From Gekko japonicus (taxonomy: Eukaryota): a stretch of DNA of 64,000 nt. The stretch is taken from assembly GCF_001447785.1 (NCBI RefSeq), contig NW_015166492.1:196795-260794 (forward strand), written 5' to 3'. Shown here in pieces: positions 25,817 to 39,302 of the stretch. Under the pieces are notes generated by a model. It worked only from the letters and a program-made list of their open reading frames with translations, ran no database searches and was not told the origin of the DNA. Every line of letters begins with the position of its first letter. Positions within the stretch are counted from its first letter, which is position 1. Both the position numbers and the translations under genes were made by a program.

Positions 25817-26050
25817 ATCCCTTCACCTTCTTACACGCCCAGGGAAATGCTGATCGCCACTTTGGGGTCAGGAAGCAATTTTTCTCCAGGCCAGTTTGGC
25901 TGGAGATCCTGGAGGTTTTTTTGTCATCTTCTGGGCATGGAACAGCAGTCACTGGGGGTATAGATGGGGAGCTATTTGTGTTATTTCCTGCATTGTGCAG
26001 GGGGTTGGACTAGATGACCCTGGAGGTACCTTCCAACTCTTATGATTCTA
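25817..26050 (+). mobile_element. CR1-type 3' end
   Basis: GGGTTGGACTAGATGACCCTGGAGG...TTCCAACTC-TATGATTCTA end. Copies at ~36530-36782 and 47474-47805 (-). Confidence 0.7.
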
Positions 26051-26693
26051 AGTTGAAAGTCCTGTATACTCTGCACTGGAAATCAGAGTGGGGGAAACTG
26101 TTAAATTTGGAACTGGAATTGCCAACAAGGACACTGATGATTTGGATAACCTTTTGGAAGATGAGAACTCTGCTGGATCAGACCATCATCCTGTAATTCA
26201 CGGTGGCCAGCAGCAACATACATTCAAAGTCTGCAAGAAGAGTCTGACGGTCAGAGCTCTCCCACACTGCTTATCTCCAGGCAACTGGTACTTGGACAGT
26301 TACTGCCTCAGACCACGGGCCTCAGACCATTTCCCCACCATGGATCGTTATGGTCTCATTTTAAGCCATCTGAGCCTGGCTGCTCTTCTCAGTCACTGAA
26401 TTATGTGAAGTTCAGTTTTATGTGGTGATCTTAGAAGGGAGAAGAAGAAGAAGAGATTGGATTTATGCCCCGCCCTTCACTACCCAAAAGTGTCTCAGAG
26501 CGGCTTACAAACTCCTTTCCCTTCCCTTCCCCACAACAGACACCCTGTGAGGTAGGTGGGGCTGAGAGAACTCTTGACAGAAACGGCTCTTTTTCAAGGA
26601 CAGCTGTGCCAGAGTTATGGCTTGCCCAAGGTCATCCAGGGAGGAAAAACTTCTTTTCTTCTACGTGATCATAATTCCATAAACTTCCATGAC

Positions 26694-26896
26694 CAGTGTT
26701 CTCTCTAAGCTGAGTGTGAGCTAGCTCACAGTTTTTTAGCCTCCGGCTCACACATTTTTGTCTTAGCTCAGGAAGGAGGGCTCCAGAGCAAACTAATTTA
26801 TGCAGGAGCCAAATCACTCACTCACAAGTTTAATGCCAGTAGCTCACAGAGTAGATTTTTTTGCTCACAAGACTCCACAGCTTAGAGGGAACATTG
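26694..26896 (+). mobile_element. hAT MITE family A
   Basis: TIRs; TSD TCCATGAC. Confidence 0.9.
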
Positions 26897-29200
26897 TCCA
26901 TGACCCCCTTTCCTTCTCAGTGTAGAAAAAAAAGAGTATGAGGTATACTTGATGGATGATAATCTCTTCAGGTTCTACAATTTAGAATACTAACATGCTG
27001 AGTAACAAATAAAAGTTGTCTCTGGTTTATATTTATATTGCAAATATAAATGTACATACACATCCTGGAGAAAGAGAACACACAGCGAGGAAACAAAGGG
27101 GACAGGAGCACTTGGTAGTTGGTTTTTACTTTTGACGGTTGTGTTTTTGGCAGTGAGGCTGCTGACAGTGAACGGGCTGGAGAAACACGCCATACATTGG
27201 GACGGTTATTATTATTATTAGTTTGATTTATAAACTGCCCTCCCCTGAAGGGCTCAGGGTGGTGTACACCACAGTTTAAAACATACAATAAATTAATCAT
27301 AGTCAACCAAGTAACAGAAAAAAACCATTAAAGTACAATCTAAATCAACAATGGTGTTCAGTACATGGGGCATGTCGTGTTACTAGGCGCTGAGAGGAAT
27401 ACTCTGGGCTGGTTGGGAGCTCAGGGCAACCATAATGGAGGCTCACGGTAACCAACGGTCCCTGCGTGCAGAAACCGCCAGTCTACAGAAAGAGCAGAAG
27501 ATGGAGTGGTCTTCACAGGAGCTGGGGAGACAAATTCGTACAGAGAAGGAAGAAAATAGTCTCCTCAGCCGGTTGATGGGGAAATACTTCGAGAATGAGG
27601 CCTTAAGGGGTACTATTGAGGTTCTGTGCAGTGGCAAATTTTCAGGTCTGGCAGCTGCTGCCTTAACAGGTAACCCCCAGCGAGGCCAACAGCTTCGAAG
27701 AGAAGAAGGAAAAAGCAAAAGGGATGCTGGAAGGGTAGGTGAAATGGAAACTGGCAGTGGTGCCTTCAAACTGTAAGGCTTGAGACTCCAAAGCAGAGGA
27801 AAGAGGTGAGGAAGCAAGTTTGAGCTGAGAATTAAAAAAGAGTTCAGATCCCAGCTATGCCACCCATACAGTGGAGCACCAAGCCCCTGTCTCACTGTCT
27901 CCATTTGTAAAATGGGAATATTATAATGACCTCAACAGACCAGTCCCTCCCACACAGCATATGCCAAGAAGGAACGCCCTGCACTCTTTAGCCAGAGTTG
28001 TCCACCCACACTACAGGAGGGGAAGATGTCCCTGGGCCAGGCAAGGGGCTTCCTCAGAGTTGTGGTCAGAGCTGTGAAACCCAGGTATCTTTAATTTTTA
28101 CCACCTGAGAGGTAGGGGGAAAAAATCAATGTTGAAGGTAAAAAAAAAAATTCTGCGGTAAACAAAAGAAAGGGTATTACCTGAACAGAGACACTTTTAT
28201 GCAGCCCTAAGAAGTAGGACTCCCAGCATGTTTGGCTATTACGTTAAACTTCAAAACACTGAACTCTTGAGAAACTTCTCAAGATATTTTCATCCTATAC
28301 ATTTGGGATGAGTGCAATGCTTTGTAAGAAAAGGTTTTTCTTCCCTCAGAACACATTTCGTAAGAGGTGGGGTTTTTTTTATCAGTGCTTCCCAAACTTT
28401 CCTATTGGAAAAATGTAAACCCTTGTACTTTTTCATCCTATACATTTTGAGTACAAAAACCTTTACCCTTAAGAAACATTTTACTCATTCTAAAAGAGAA
28501 AATATTTCATAGAAGAGTCCCCCAATATTTCTCAATTCTTCTGTTGGAGAAACAGAAAAAAGGTCCTAGAGAAATAACGGGGTGGAGACAACAATGACAC
28601 ACTCCCCCTTGAATTTTCCTGGTTTTCTGGGCCTCCACATCTCTAGGGTTGCTGTTCCCACCTTGTGACCTAGTCTGCACAGACTTTTGGGCTAGAGAGG
28701 GTTTTTAAGTGAAATTACAATCTCCATAAACTGCCATGATTTAAAAGCTTCCACTCCCTCTTTTTGAGCAAAAACCAAGCCAGGATCCCTTGGCTGGGGA
28801 ACCAAGAGATCTCATTCCTCTCCGAGGCTCATGTTCCCTGAAGCCACGACCGTTTGTACATAAATAGACAGAGAAAAAAAATTCTTCCCAAGATACTAAG
28901 AGGTCACATTGTGTGGCTTCTTCCAAACTGTGTGCAGTATCCAAAGCCCAGATCTGTTGACCAAGAACTACCCTGTGAAAATACAACACCAAATCCTCGA
29001 GGCAAAAGATGAAGGAACACTGAGGGATTGCGTGGGTGAGACTGAACCAAGAACAATGTGGAACAGTCAGTGGCTTTGTCACTTGGCTACAGACACTGTG
29101 GCTTTTTGCACTAAGTTCCAAAAGGAGGAAAAATTTGGCCTTCCGTGTTGGGCAGCAACTGAGCTGATGAGCCTCAGACTGTGGCCCAGGTGTGGGCACC

Positions 29201-30598
29201 CTACGAGGGATTCTCCACATCCTGTTTGCAACGTTTGGCTGCCAGGTCTGCGTTGTGTGCCTTCCGGATGTGCCGGTAGAGGTCTCCGGACTGGGTGTAG
29301 CTGCGCATGCAGTAGCGGCATTCGTAGGGGCGCTCCCGTGTGTGGACCGTGGCATGGCGCCGGAGCGTGTAGGAGCACGAGAAGGTCTTTCCGCATGTCT
29401 TACAAGTGGGCATGTCCTCTGTGAAGATGCCAAAGTTAGGGTGAACCTCATAGTCCTGTAGATACATCTGCTCGTGCAGAGGTGGAATCGCCATGTTGGA
29501 GAAACTTTGCCCGCTGGGCACAGGGATCATATGATAGGGCATGGGCTCCTGAGACAGGAAGGTACCGTCTGACGATACTTCCTCTAGCCCACCAGGCTCT
29601 GGAAAGTTGTCCAGATGGCGGCTGCAGCCTCCAGCTGACCCTGCCTCCACAGTGGGCCGCTGAAAGACACTCTCCAGCCTCTCCTCTGGGTTCTGCCCCT
29701 CCAGCTGCTCGACTGTGTCTGGCTCCTCATCGGAGATCACAATGGCTTCCATTTTGACTTTGATGGAGGGCCTGTTTGGCTCCTTTTGGCAAAATCCACT
29801 GACGCTGCCTTCCCGCTGTTCCACGTACTTCGCCGGAGCAGTGTCCACACTGGAAGGCCCCTCAGCAATGTTCCCCAGAGGAAAACAGCTGTGTGAGATG
29901 GTTTCGGTGGAACTGCTGGGGCTGGAGAGGGAGATGTCAATGATGGCTGGTGGGAGGGGTCTGGTTGGGGGAAGGGCTTGTGGGGAATCACCTTCCATGC
30001 CGGGCTGGGTGGTGTCCGCGACATCCAGCGTGGAGGCCAGCAGCTCATCAGAACCAACTTTCTCCACTCCCTTCCACTCCTCAGTGCTTTTCTTCTGTGC
30101 TTCGCAAGGCTGAGCGGGTGGGGGGGGCAACGACTGTGCCGCAGGGGCCAGCGGCTGGCACTTGGAGGTGCTGGGTACAAGTTCTGAACTGGCCGGGGAG
30201 TCCTCCTCCTTCTTAGTACTGTCCGCTTCAGCCAGAGCCCGGGCCTGCAGTTTCTTCTTGCACACCTTCACAATGTCGTTCATGTGCAGGTAGCTGGCAG
30301 CAGCCAGGACGTCCTCCACCGGAGTGTCATTGAAGGAGAGGCCGCCTTGGTACATGAATTCCAGGAGCAGACCAAACGCTGGGGCAGTGACGATCTCATT
30401 GTTGATGCACACCAAGTCCCCCTTGTCCAGCCCTTCCTTGTAGAACATGTGGAAGAAGGCACTGCACGAGGCGAGCACGGCTCGATGGGCCACGAACTGG
30501 GTGTTGCCCACCAGCACCGTGCAGTCGCAAAGGAAGCCATCGTGTTGCTGATCCCGCAGGCTCCGCAGCAGGTTCTTGCTGTGGTCTGGGAAATCCAT
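29201..30598 (-). CDS. ZBTB3: Zinc finger and BTB domain-containing protein 3 (465 aa from MDFPDHS)
   Basis: BTB domain [28 protein letters not shown]...[28 protein letters not shown] and exactly two C2H2 fingers ([21 protein letters not shown]; [22 protein letters not shown]), as in ZBTB3. An acceptor starts the exon at 30649, so the ORF-track extension to 30763 is intronic. Confidence 0.95.
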   Translation of the reverse strand: MDFPDHSKNLLRSLRDQQHDGFLCDCTVLVGNTQFVAHRAVLASCSAFFHMFYKEGLDKGDLVCINNEIVTAPAFGLLLEFMYQGGLSFNDTPVEDVLAAASYLHMNDIVKVCKKKLQARALAEADSTKKEEDSPASSELVPSTSKCQPLAPAAQSLPPPPAQPCEAQKKSTEEWKGVEKVGSDELLASTLDVADTTQPGMEGDSPQALPPTRPLPPAIIDISLSSPSSSTETISHSCFPLGNIAEGPSSVDTAPAKYVEQREGSVSGFCQKEPNRPSIKVKMEAIVISDEEPDTVEQLEGQNPEERLESVFQRPTVEAGSAGGCSRHLDNFPEPGGLEEVSSDGTFLSQEPMPYHMIPVPSGQSFSNMAIPPLHEQMYLQDYEVHPNFGIFTEDMPTCKTCGKTFSCSYTLRRHATVHTRERPYECRYCMRSYTQSGDLYRHIRKAHNADLAAKRCKQDVENPS

Positions 30599-32636
30599 GC
30601 TGGCGGCCCTTTCAGGATTGTGGAGACGCCAGTGGCATACCTTTACACCCTTGGGATACAAGAAAAAGAAGGGAGGGGGCACAGAGAACTTAGTAACTTT
30701 ACGGCAAGGGCTTTGAAAGGTTGGATTTTCAGCCTTTGCGTTACGTTCTGGAATGCAGGGCAAGGTGAACTGTTAGGTTATACCGTGTTTCCCCGAAAAT
30801 ACGACACCTAGGTTATATTATTGGTCTGTCAAGCCCAAATTATCACCTCTGACTGGCAGCAGGTCTCCAGAGCAGTTTTCCAAACAAGGCTACCTGAGAG
30901 GCTTTAAAAATGACCTGGGGGCCTTTCTGGGACAGCACCCTCACCTCTGCTGTCTGGGGCTCTACCATCTACCTTCAAGCGACCAGCCTCTGCCTGCTGC
31001 CACTTGCAGGGCAGAAAGGTAGAATTCCACCTAGAGATTTCTGGCTCCAATCCTACATCTCTTTCATTTGGGGCAGGACACCCTCTTTGACCCAAACAGC
31101 TGTCAAGCTAGACAGCTGATGCCAAGGCCTTTCTCCTCCCAAATCCCTCCACAAATCTCACCCCCAAACAGTCGGCATAACTTGAGCACCCTTCCAAATG
31201 AGCCCAGGCTGTTCCCAGTACCTGTGTGCCTGCCTTTGATCTTAAGCACAAATGCATGCTGTGGGTTCTCTTTATTTTGATTTCTGCTGTCAGGTCTGTG
31301 GGAACTCCACCCCCCACTACGTCCTTTATCAGAATGCTATTTTTCAAGTACCAATTCACCCAGATTGTGCCCCCAACAAGAATGCCCCTTACTCTAAACT
31401 CCTCTTACCAGACTCCTCCCTACTGCCCAACCCTTCCACTCCTTAAAGATTCTCATTGTAATGAATCCTCACACCCACTTGCCTTCAGCATATTTTCTGG
31501 TGTGCTCCCAAATACTTCTGGCCTCTTATGTTCCATTCCCCCACATAATTAATCTCTCCTCCTAAACCTGGGGCGTTCCCCCCCCCCGGTATTTGCATTT
31601 TTCTCTGCTTCTCCCATTATACCCCCCCCCCCAATGAAGACCCCCTTTACCAAACACTTGACTTCTACTTAGCTCACCCCTCCCCCACATTGACCCCCCC
31701 TTNNNNNNNNNNNNNNNNNNNNNNNNNNNNNNNNNNNNNNNNNNNNNNNNNNNNNNNNNNNNNNNNNNNNNNNNNNNNNNNNNNNNNNNNNNNNNNNNNN
31801 NNNNNNNNNNNNNNNNNNNNNNNNNNNNNNNNNNNNNNNNNNNNNNNNNNNNNNNNNNNNNNNNNNNNNNNNNNNNNNNNNNNNNNNNNNNNNNNNNNNN
31901 NNNNNNNNNNNNNNNNNNNNNNNNNNNNNNNNNNNNNNNNNNNNNNNNNNNNNNNNNNNNNNNNNNNNNNNNNNNNNNNNNNNNNNNNNNNNNNNNNNNN
32001 NNNNNNNNNNNNNNNNNNNNNNNNNNNNNNNNNNNNNNNNNNNNNNNNNNNNNNNNNNNNNNNNNNNNNNNNNNNNNNNNNNNNNNNNNNNNNNNNNNNN
32101 NNNGTAGAGGTAACGTCTCGGAGACTGAACAGCCCGTTTACTCTTAGCCTTTAGCATTGATTGGTGGAACTTCTTGAAACCCGCCTCCATAGAAAGAAGA
32201 GGAGGAGATTCGGTTACTATAGTTACTGGGAGTCGTGCTAAGACTGAGGAAAGGGTTGGTTGGGATACAGTCAAATCTTATCCTCAGTTATGCAAACACG
32301 TGTACTTGCTGAATATAACATAATATCTGAGTAGAGAAAAAACCCACACGAACCTTTATTATTATTTATATATATCTAGTACCTTTGTATCCCACTCAGG
32401 GTTAGTGTAGATGATTTTCCTTTCCCTTCCTCCATTTTATCCACACAAGAACCCAATGAGGTAGGATAGGCCGCAAAAGTGACGGTCCCAAGGTCACCCA
32501 GCAAGCTTCCAGGGCAGGTGGAAATTCTAATTTGGGTCTCCCTGATCCTAGTCTGACACGCTGGCCACTACATAATTGTGGCTTTTCATATTGTTATATT
32601 TTTTATTTCTTTATTTGGATTTGTATCCCACCTTCA

Positions 32637-32723
32637 GAGGACGGCGGGAGACAGGAAGGCCTGACGTGATATGATCCATGGGGTCGCGAAGAGTCAGACT
32701 CGACTGTGCGACTGAACAACAAA
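32637..32723 (+). mobile_element. BovB/RTE LINE 3' end fragment
   Basis: ACAGGAAGGCCTG...TCCATGGGGTCGCGAAGAGTCAGACTCGACT...GACTGAACAACAA, flanked by direct repeat ATCCCACC. Confidence 0.75.
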
Positions 32724-32782
32724 TCCCACCCTCTCTCTGCAAACAGGCTCAGGGTGGGTTCCAAGTAGGTAAATATAATATA

Positions 32783-33136
32783 AAGTTAAGGTAAAGGTTC
32801 CCTTGCTCGAAAGCCAGTTGAATCAGACTCTAGGGTTGCGGTGCTTAGCTTATCTCCGTTTCCAAGCCGAAGAGCCAGCGCTGTCCGAAGACATTTCCGT
32901 GATCATGTGGCTGGCATGACTAAACACCAAGGCGCAGGGAACGCTGTTACCTTCCCACTGAAGTGGTACCTATTTATCTACTTGCAATTTCTTGCTTTCG
33001 AACTGCTAGGTTGGCAGGAGCTGGAACTAGAGACGGGAGCTCACTCCGTCATGCGGCACACTCGGGTCTCGAACTGCTGAACTACCGACCTTCCACAGCC
33101 TGCAGTTCAGCGTCTTAACCACTTGAGCCACCACAG
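32783..33136 (-). mobile_element. Sauria SINE
   Basis: Reverse (AAGGTA)n tail, TGCTTTCGAACTGCTAGGTTGG core, tRNA head; homologous to 2704-3025. Confidence 0.85.
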
Positions 33137-33721
33137 CTCAAGAAATATAATATACAATACAGTTAAACCCACTTAAAACATCAGTATAAAATAACACAAA
33201 TCCTAAAATACCATGTAAACTTTTAACAAATATCAGGTTTCTTAGTGGTTAAGATAGAATTAAGAATACTGGGCCACTGACGGGGGAAGGGGGCCAGGCG
33301 GACCCAGAAAGCCACCCCCTTCCCGTCTTTATAGCTCTGCCCCTAGTTCAGTCAGCATGCTAAAGCGTAACAATGTCAAGAGAACAGAACATAATGCAGG
33401 AAATTGGGTTGGACACAGATAGGACAATCAGAGCCAGAGGTAGCTTTCCAGGTGGGGCTTCACACCACTGACTCAGTTCTTTATTCTTAACTGGGAGGCA
33501 TTTTGGGGACCCTGGAGTATTCTTTGTACTGCCTATGAATTAAATATGACATTTTTTTCAGAAGCTTTATCTCGTAATGGCAACATCAGGGTTAGGCCTG
33601 GAGCTCTTGTTTATTAGCCGCTGTGTGAAAAGGATGCTGGATTAGATGGACTTCTGGCCTGATTTTCTTATGGACATCTTCCTTAAATAAACAAGCTACT
33701 CCTTGGTCCTGTAACTCTGCT

Positions 33722-33935
33722 TAGGGTTGCTGGGTTGGAAAATTCCTGGAGATTTGGGGGCAGAGCCTGGGAAGGGCGTAGTTTGTGGAGGAGAGGGGAG
33801 CTCCACAGAGATGTGAGGCCACAGACTTCACCCTCTGAAGGTGCCATTTTCTCCAGGGGAACTGATCTTGATAGTCTAGAGATCAGTTGTAATTCCAGGA
33901 GAACTCCAGTGCCTGCCTGGAGGTTGGCAACCCTA
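33722..33935. mobile_element. hAT MITE family B (TAGGGTTGCCA TIR, ~215-230 bp)
   Basis: TAGGGTTGC...GGCAACCCTA ends. Many diverged copies, e.g. ~830, 15746, 24243, 35566, 40478, 44000, 48589, 51015, 51537, 56850. Confidence 0.75.
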
Positions 33936-35779
33936 ACTTCTGGGCAAGTCACAGTAACGATGGAGATTTGCTTTAGGGATCACATAAGTAAAAGGGTGAC
34001 GGTGACCTTGAAAAAAACGCCTTGATCCAAGGGAAATGGCTTGGCAGAACTGGGCAGGCAAATCGATGGGAGTGTGGAGTTCTTCCACTTTCAGCTGCAG
34101 GCAGCCACCGCTCCCTTCTAAAATATAACAACAAACGGTTTCCGATTCTAAAAAGTATCTCCCATTTTGAAAAAGAGGAACTCTCCCTGCAAAATTCAGA
34201 TTTTGAACATTTTAATTAAAAAAAACCTTAGGTGTTGAATTAGTGATTTGAGTAAAACACAGCGACTGCTTCCCCACCCTTAATATAGGGAGAATTTAGT
34301 GCTTTTCAAATAGGAAGATAAGAACATAAGATAAGCCAATGTTGGATCAGGCCAATGGCCCATCTAGTCCAACACTCTGTCACACAGTGCCCAAAAAATA
34401 CCAGGTGCCATCAGGAGGTCCAGCAGTGGGGCCAGGACACTAGAAGCCCTCCCACTGTTGACCCCCCCAAAGCACCAAGAATACAGAGCATCACTTGCCC
34501 CACCCTGAGAGTTCCCTTCCTACAGACTTCCATTTCCTAAAATAGAGATCATTTAAGTATGTGGTTATGTATGATATGTATACCTTGATTTTGACGCAAG
34601 TGTTCTTGAAGCAGCTTACGCACAAAGCAGCAGAGACATTTGTCATCTCCCTCTGATGGTCTTAGCTGAAAGTTGGAGTGAGGGGGCTGTCATCTGGAGA
34701 ACAACTAGATTTCAGTCCAGTAGTCCAGCATCCTGTCTCACACAGTGGCCAACCAGTTCCTCTGGAACTGGGCACAGTCGCCAAGGTCTTCCCCTGATGC
34801 TGCCTCCTGGCACTGGGATTCAGAGGTGGACTGCCTCTGAATGTGGAGGTTCCCTTCAGTCACTACGGCTAGTAGCCACTGATAGACCTATCCTCTACAT
34901 GTCTGTCTAATCCCCTTTTAAAGCTGTCTATGCCTGGGCCATCACTACCTCCTCTTGGCAGCAAATTCCACATTTTAATCACTCACCATGTAAAGACCCT
35001 TGGGGGGGGGGGTTCATTGTTCTGAACTTGTGAATGAACTCCAGTTCAGTGATCTCACGTTGTAATCTTCCCTTGAAGCTTCTGCGTTTGAGGATGGCCA
35101 TTTTAGGATTGGAATCACCTGGAAGATTAAAATATCCCCCCTAGTGCTTTTTGAGTATTACAGGGTTTTTTAACGTCAGATTTATGTCAGTTTAGCTAAG
35201 CAGAATTGGCTTGGGCTAGTAGTTGGTTGGGAGACTTCCAACAAAGACCTGCGCCATGACACAGAGGCAGGCAGTGGCAATAACACCTCTGTTTTTCTCT
35301 CACCTTGAAAAACCTACGGGGTCGCCATAAGTCAGCCGTGACTTGACTGCACTTTCCACTACCACATTCTGGAGGTGGATCCTGGTGTGGCTGAGGGGTT
35401 CTCTGGTTGCTGCCTCCCCCCCCCCCTAAGATGGAGGTGGATCCTGGTGTGGCTGGAGGGGTTCTCTGGTTGCTGCCTCCCCCCCACCGTAAGACTCCCT
35501 CCTTCAGTGGCAGTGGGAAACTGGAGGGAGGGCTGGTCTCATCTGGATCCGTCAGCTAGGGTTCCCAGATCCAGGACAGGAAACTCCTAGAGGTTTGGCG
35601 ATGGAGCCTGGGGGAGGACAGGGACCTCAGTGGGGCACAATGCTATAGAGTCCACCTTCCAAAGCATCCCTTTTCTCCGGGGGAACTGATCTCTTTAGTC
35701 TGGTGATGAGGTGTCATACCAGGAGATCCCCAGGTCCTACCTGGAGGCTGGCATCCCTGTGCCCGGCTGCTGTCTCCCC

Positions 35780-36126
35780 CTCCTGCGCAAGAGGGTTGCA
35801 GACCCTGCGGTCTCGTTTTACTAACTGGCGTTCTTGTTTGCCTGCCTGCCTGCCTGCCTGCCTTCCTTCCTTCCTTCCGACAGCAGCCGCTAGGAGTTGG
35901 CTGGCGGGACAAAGCCTAAAAACAGCCCAACCGGCCAGCCAATTGCTAGCTGTCATTTCAAACCCATCCAGCAGGTTTGAACTGTTAACGTCTCTGCGTG
36001 GTTGTTGGAGCGGAGCCGGAAAGTTTCTGTGGGACTTTGGAACAGCCCTTTCTGGCGAGGGGGAGAGAGGGGGAGAGCGCTGCCGGTGGGCATCTCCGGG
36101 TGCCTGTTTGCCTATCCTGACGCAAC
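35780..36126 (+). promoter_or_regulatory. CpG-enriched promoter/5'UTR of the PLD-family gene
   Basis: Local CpG enrichment, a CCAAT box near 35939 and an ETS-like CCGGAA near 36016, directly upstream of the candidate first exon. Confidence 0.45.
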
Positions 36127-36207
36127 ATGAGGAAGAAAGAGCCTTCGAGAGGGGACACCCCTCTGAGAAGATCCATCCGCCTGCAGCAAGAGAAAACTGG
36201 GGAGCAG
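36127..36207 (+). CDS. PLD3/4-like gene, candidate coding exon 1: MRKKEPSRGDTPLRRSIRLQQEKTGEQ
   Basis: aacATG start in a CpG-rich context and strong CAG|GTGAGG donor, phase 0. Linkage to the PLD exons is inferred from phase and position only. Confidence 0.55.
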
Positions 36208-36303
36208 GTGAGGCTGGGTGGCAGGAAACAGCCCTGCCAGGGAGGCGGGCATGGATCAGTGGCGCTGGCTTGGCAAACGCAAGATCCCGGGTTCTTTCCT
36301 TGG

Positions 36304-36497
36304 CGACGCTCCCTCTAAGCTGTGGAATCTTGTGAGCAAAAATTCTACTTTGTGAGCTACTGGCATTAAAGTTGTGAGCGAGCGATTTAGCTGCTGCATA
36401 AATTACTTTGCTCTGGAGCCCTCCCTTCCTGAACGAAGACAAAAATGTGTGAGCTGGAGGCTAAAAAACTGTAAGCCAGCTCACACTAGGAACATTG
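36304..36497 (-). mobile_element. hAT MITE family A (internally deleted), just inside candidate PLD intron 1
   Basis: Sequence identity to the other family A copies. Confidence 0.85.
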
Positions 36498-39302
36498 GTC
36501 CTTGACACCATCATGAGAGGGAGGGCAGGAAGGGCTGCATCAGGGCTTAGTTCTTACATGCCCTGGGAAATCCTGATCACCACTTTGGGGTCAGGAAGCA
36601 ATTTTTTCTCCAGGCCAGTTTGGCCAGGAATCCTGGAGGGGGTTTTTTTTTGTCATCTTCTGGGCATGGAGCAGGGGTCACTGGGGGGGGGTGTTTGGGG
36701 GGAGGTTTTTGTGAATTTCCTGCATTGTGCAGGGGTTGGACTAGATGACCCTGGGGGACCCTTCCAACTCTATGATTCTATGGTTCTGTCTCCTAGCAAA
36801 AGGATCCTCAGGGTCCAATCTTGGAGAGCAGCTGTGGGTCAGAGTAGACCGCCCAGGGCTAAATGGACCAAGGGGCTGAGCTGGTGTAAAGCAGTGTCCA
36901 GGACAGCTGGACAGCTCCTCATGCATCCCTAACAGCCTTGCCAGCCACAGGCACCGATGGGAAAACAATACTGCAAATGTCCAATGCATTACGATTCTGA
37001 AATCTTGCATAAATAAATGCATTCTGATCTGGGGGTGCAAGTGTCAATTTTTCTTAAAAGCCACAGGTATGTGAGAGAAGAGATGAATTTTCTCCAGCTC
37101 TAGCCCCTTTCATATTTGGGGGGGGCTTGTGGAATCTAAAGTCAGGCGACCAGTTCCCTTTGCCAGAATTTTTTTCACATTTGTAGGGTGGGGTGGGGGG
37201 GCACATGTGAAACTCCAAACGCTTGTATGCACTTATTTAGTGCGTTAAATTGACGGCACATCTTAATTCATTTTGGTGGAAATCAAATTGCAATTTTTTA
37301 AAAAAACCCTGACTGACAGGTAGTTCAGAATTTGTCACCACTGTGCTTTTGTGCTTATTAGCTAGAACACCCGGAAGGCGGGAACAGCTTGAGTAATTCT
37401 AAATAGAACGGTCCGCCTTTCTTTTTTATTCTTATCTCTTCTAAAACAAGGGGGGAGGTAGAGACTCAGTTTTAAAAACAATGAAAGCTGGACATTCAGA
37501 GAAGGAGACTAGAAAACGTTTGTGGGCGACAGGTGTCCATAAACTTCCATATTGGTGTTTGTGTGTGGGAAGGGCCGCCAAGATGCAGCCAACTTATGGC
37601 GACCCCAGCAAAGGGTTTTCAGGGCAAGCGATGAAGCAGAGGTGGTTTTCCATGGCCTTCCGCTGCAGCCTTCCTTGGCGGTGCTCTCCCATCCAAGGAC
37701 CGACCCTGCTTAGCTTCAGAGATCTGACAAGACCAGCCTATACCATGCCGCCTTCCCTCCCTCTTGTATTTAGGACCTGGGGGGGGGGGGAATGGGCATT
37801 TTGCCAAACCAATGTGTTAAATGCCTGAAACCTCAACATTCCGGTGAAGACTGAATCCCAGTGGCCAAGGTTTGGACACTTTGGGATGTAGTAGTGCACA
37901 TTTGTCTTGCCGAAGACCGTGGGTGAAATCCCCAGCGGCACCTCTCCTTTGAAGCACCCTCCCCTGTGAGGCTTCCCCATTGCCTGCCTTTTTTTCTCTC
38001 TTCTAGGCGCCAGGCCAAAGCGTTCCTTCCTACCCAGGCATCTTAATTAAAGGGTTGCTCTTTTCACATGGCAGTCGTAGTGTGCGTCTAAGCCATTGGA
38101 GTGTTTTATGAGACTCGTTTTAAGTTGCTCGCTGTTCTGTGCTGTGTTGATGCTCAAGATGGGTTTTTAACGCCAGTTTTTAAATAGTTTATTAATTGCG
38201 AACAAGCTTGATGGTGTTTTATGGCTATGTTATGCTTTGCTTTGCGAGCCACATCCAGCAGGTTCCCTGGAGTGGCGGCATAGACATTTTCTACATAAAA
38301 GTATGTATGTATGGGCAGGTAAAAAGTATCTCCGGTAGCACGCACTGCAAAATGCCTTTCTGTGCCTGAGGCCTGGAAAAGCCACTGCCAACCAGAACAG
38401 ATGGTTGAAGGCGCCTTCATATGAATGCTGCCATTTTGGAAGAAAGTGTAACTCATCGGTTTTATTGTATTTTATTTGCATGTAGCTTTGCATGCAGAAG
38501 GTTCCAGGGTGGCACTCTGGTATCCTCAGCTGAGGAAGTCAAATAGTCAAAGTTGGGGGTGGGGGAGCCTTTCTCTACCTGAGAGGTTGGAGAGCCGCTG
38601 CAGTGTCGACAAAGCTAAACCAGATGGCCCCGTGGTCTGACTCGGTATAAAGCAGCAGCTTCGTACTGCATTCCTTTGCAAAGGCAGGAAGTAGCTGTGA
38701 GTGGCAGAGGAGGCGGGAGAGACCTTCTTTAAGCTCCTATCTCTTTGCAACCGTAGAAACATCTGTGCCCTTGACCTGCAAGAGGAAACTCCCAAGAGAG
38801 CTCAGCTGCCTTAACTGCAACTTTTTAACAGTTGCAAAAGGCAGCCTCTGTTTACTCCGTCTTCAGGGGCTTTCTCACATGCTCCGTCAAAGCATCCCTG
38901 ACTACATATTGCCCAATAGTCCTGCACATGAGTCTTGCACATCCTTTTTCAGTGACAACCAGGGCTTTTTTTCTGGGGGAATGTGCCAGAACAGAGTTCC
39001 AGAACCTCTTTGGCAAAATTACTTTTAAAATGTTTCAAAGCTCATAAGTTTTCAGTATACAGATTGAAAAACTTCATTTCCCTCTTGAGAGTTCCAGCAC
39101 CTCTTAAAAAGAAAAAGCCCAGGTGACAACTGTGTAATATTTTTGACCGCTTGCCAAAACCTTTTGAATCGCAGAAAGGCCAGGTTTGATTCCCCACTCC
39201 TCCACTTGCACCTGCTGATGTGAACTTGGGTCAGTCACAAGCTCTGGCACAGCTGTTCTCGAAAAAGAGCAGTTTCTGTTAGAGTTCTCTCAGCCCCACC
39301 CA

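Noticed and set aside
30650-30763. N-terminal part of the 520-aa ZBTB3 ORF in the track
   Set aside because: Runs through a polypyrimidine tract and AG acceptor, so it is intronic.
29482-30811. Plus-strand ORFs over ZBTB3
   Set aside because: Antisense shadows of the real CDS.
31669-32274. ORFs spanning N runs (also 21442, 39235-39760, 49253-49542)
   Set aside because: Artefacts of translating assembly gaps.
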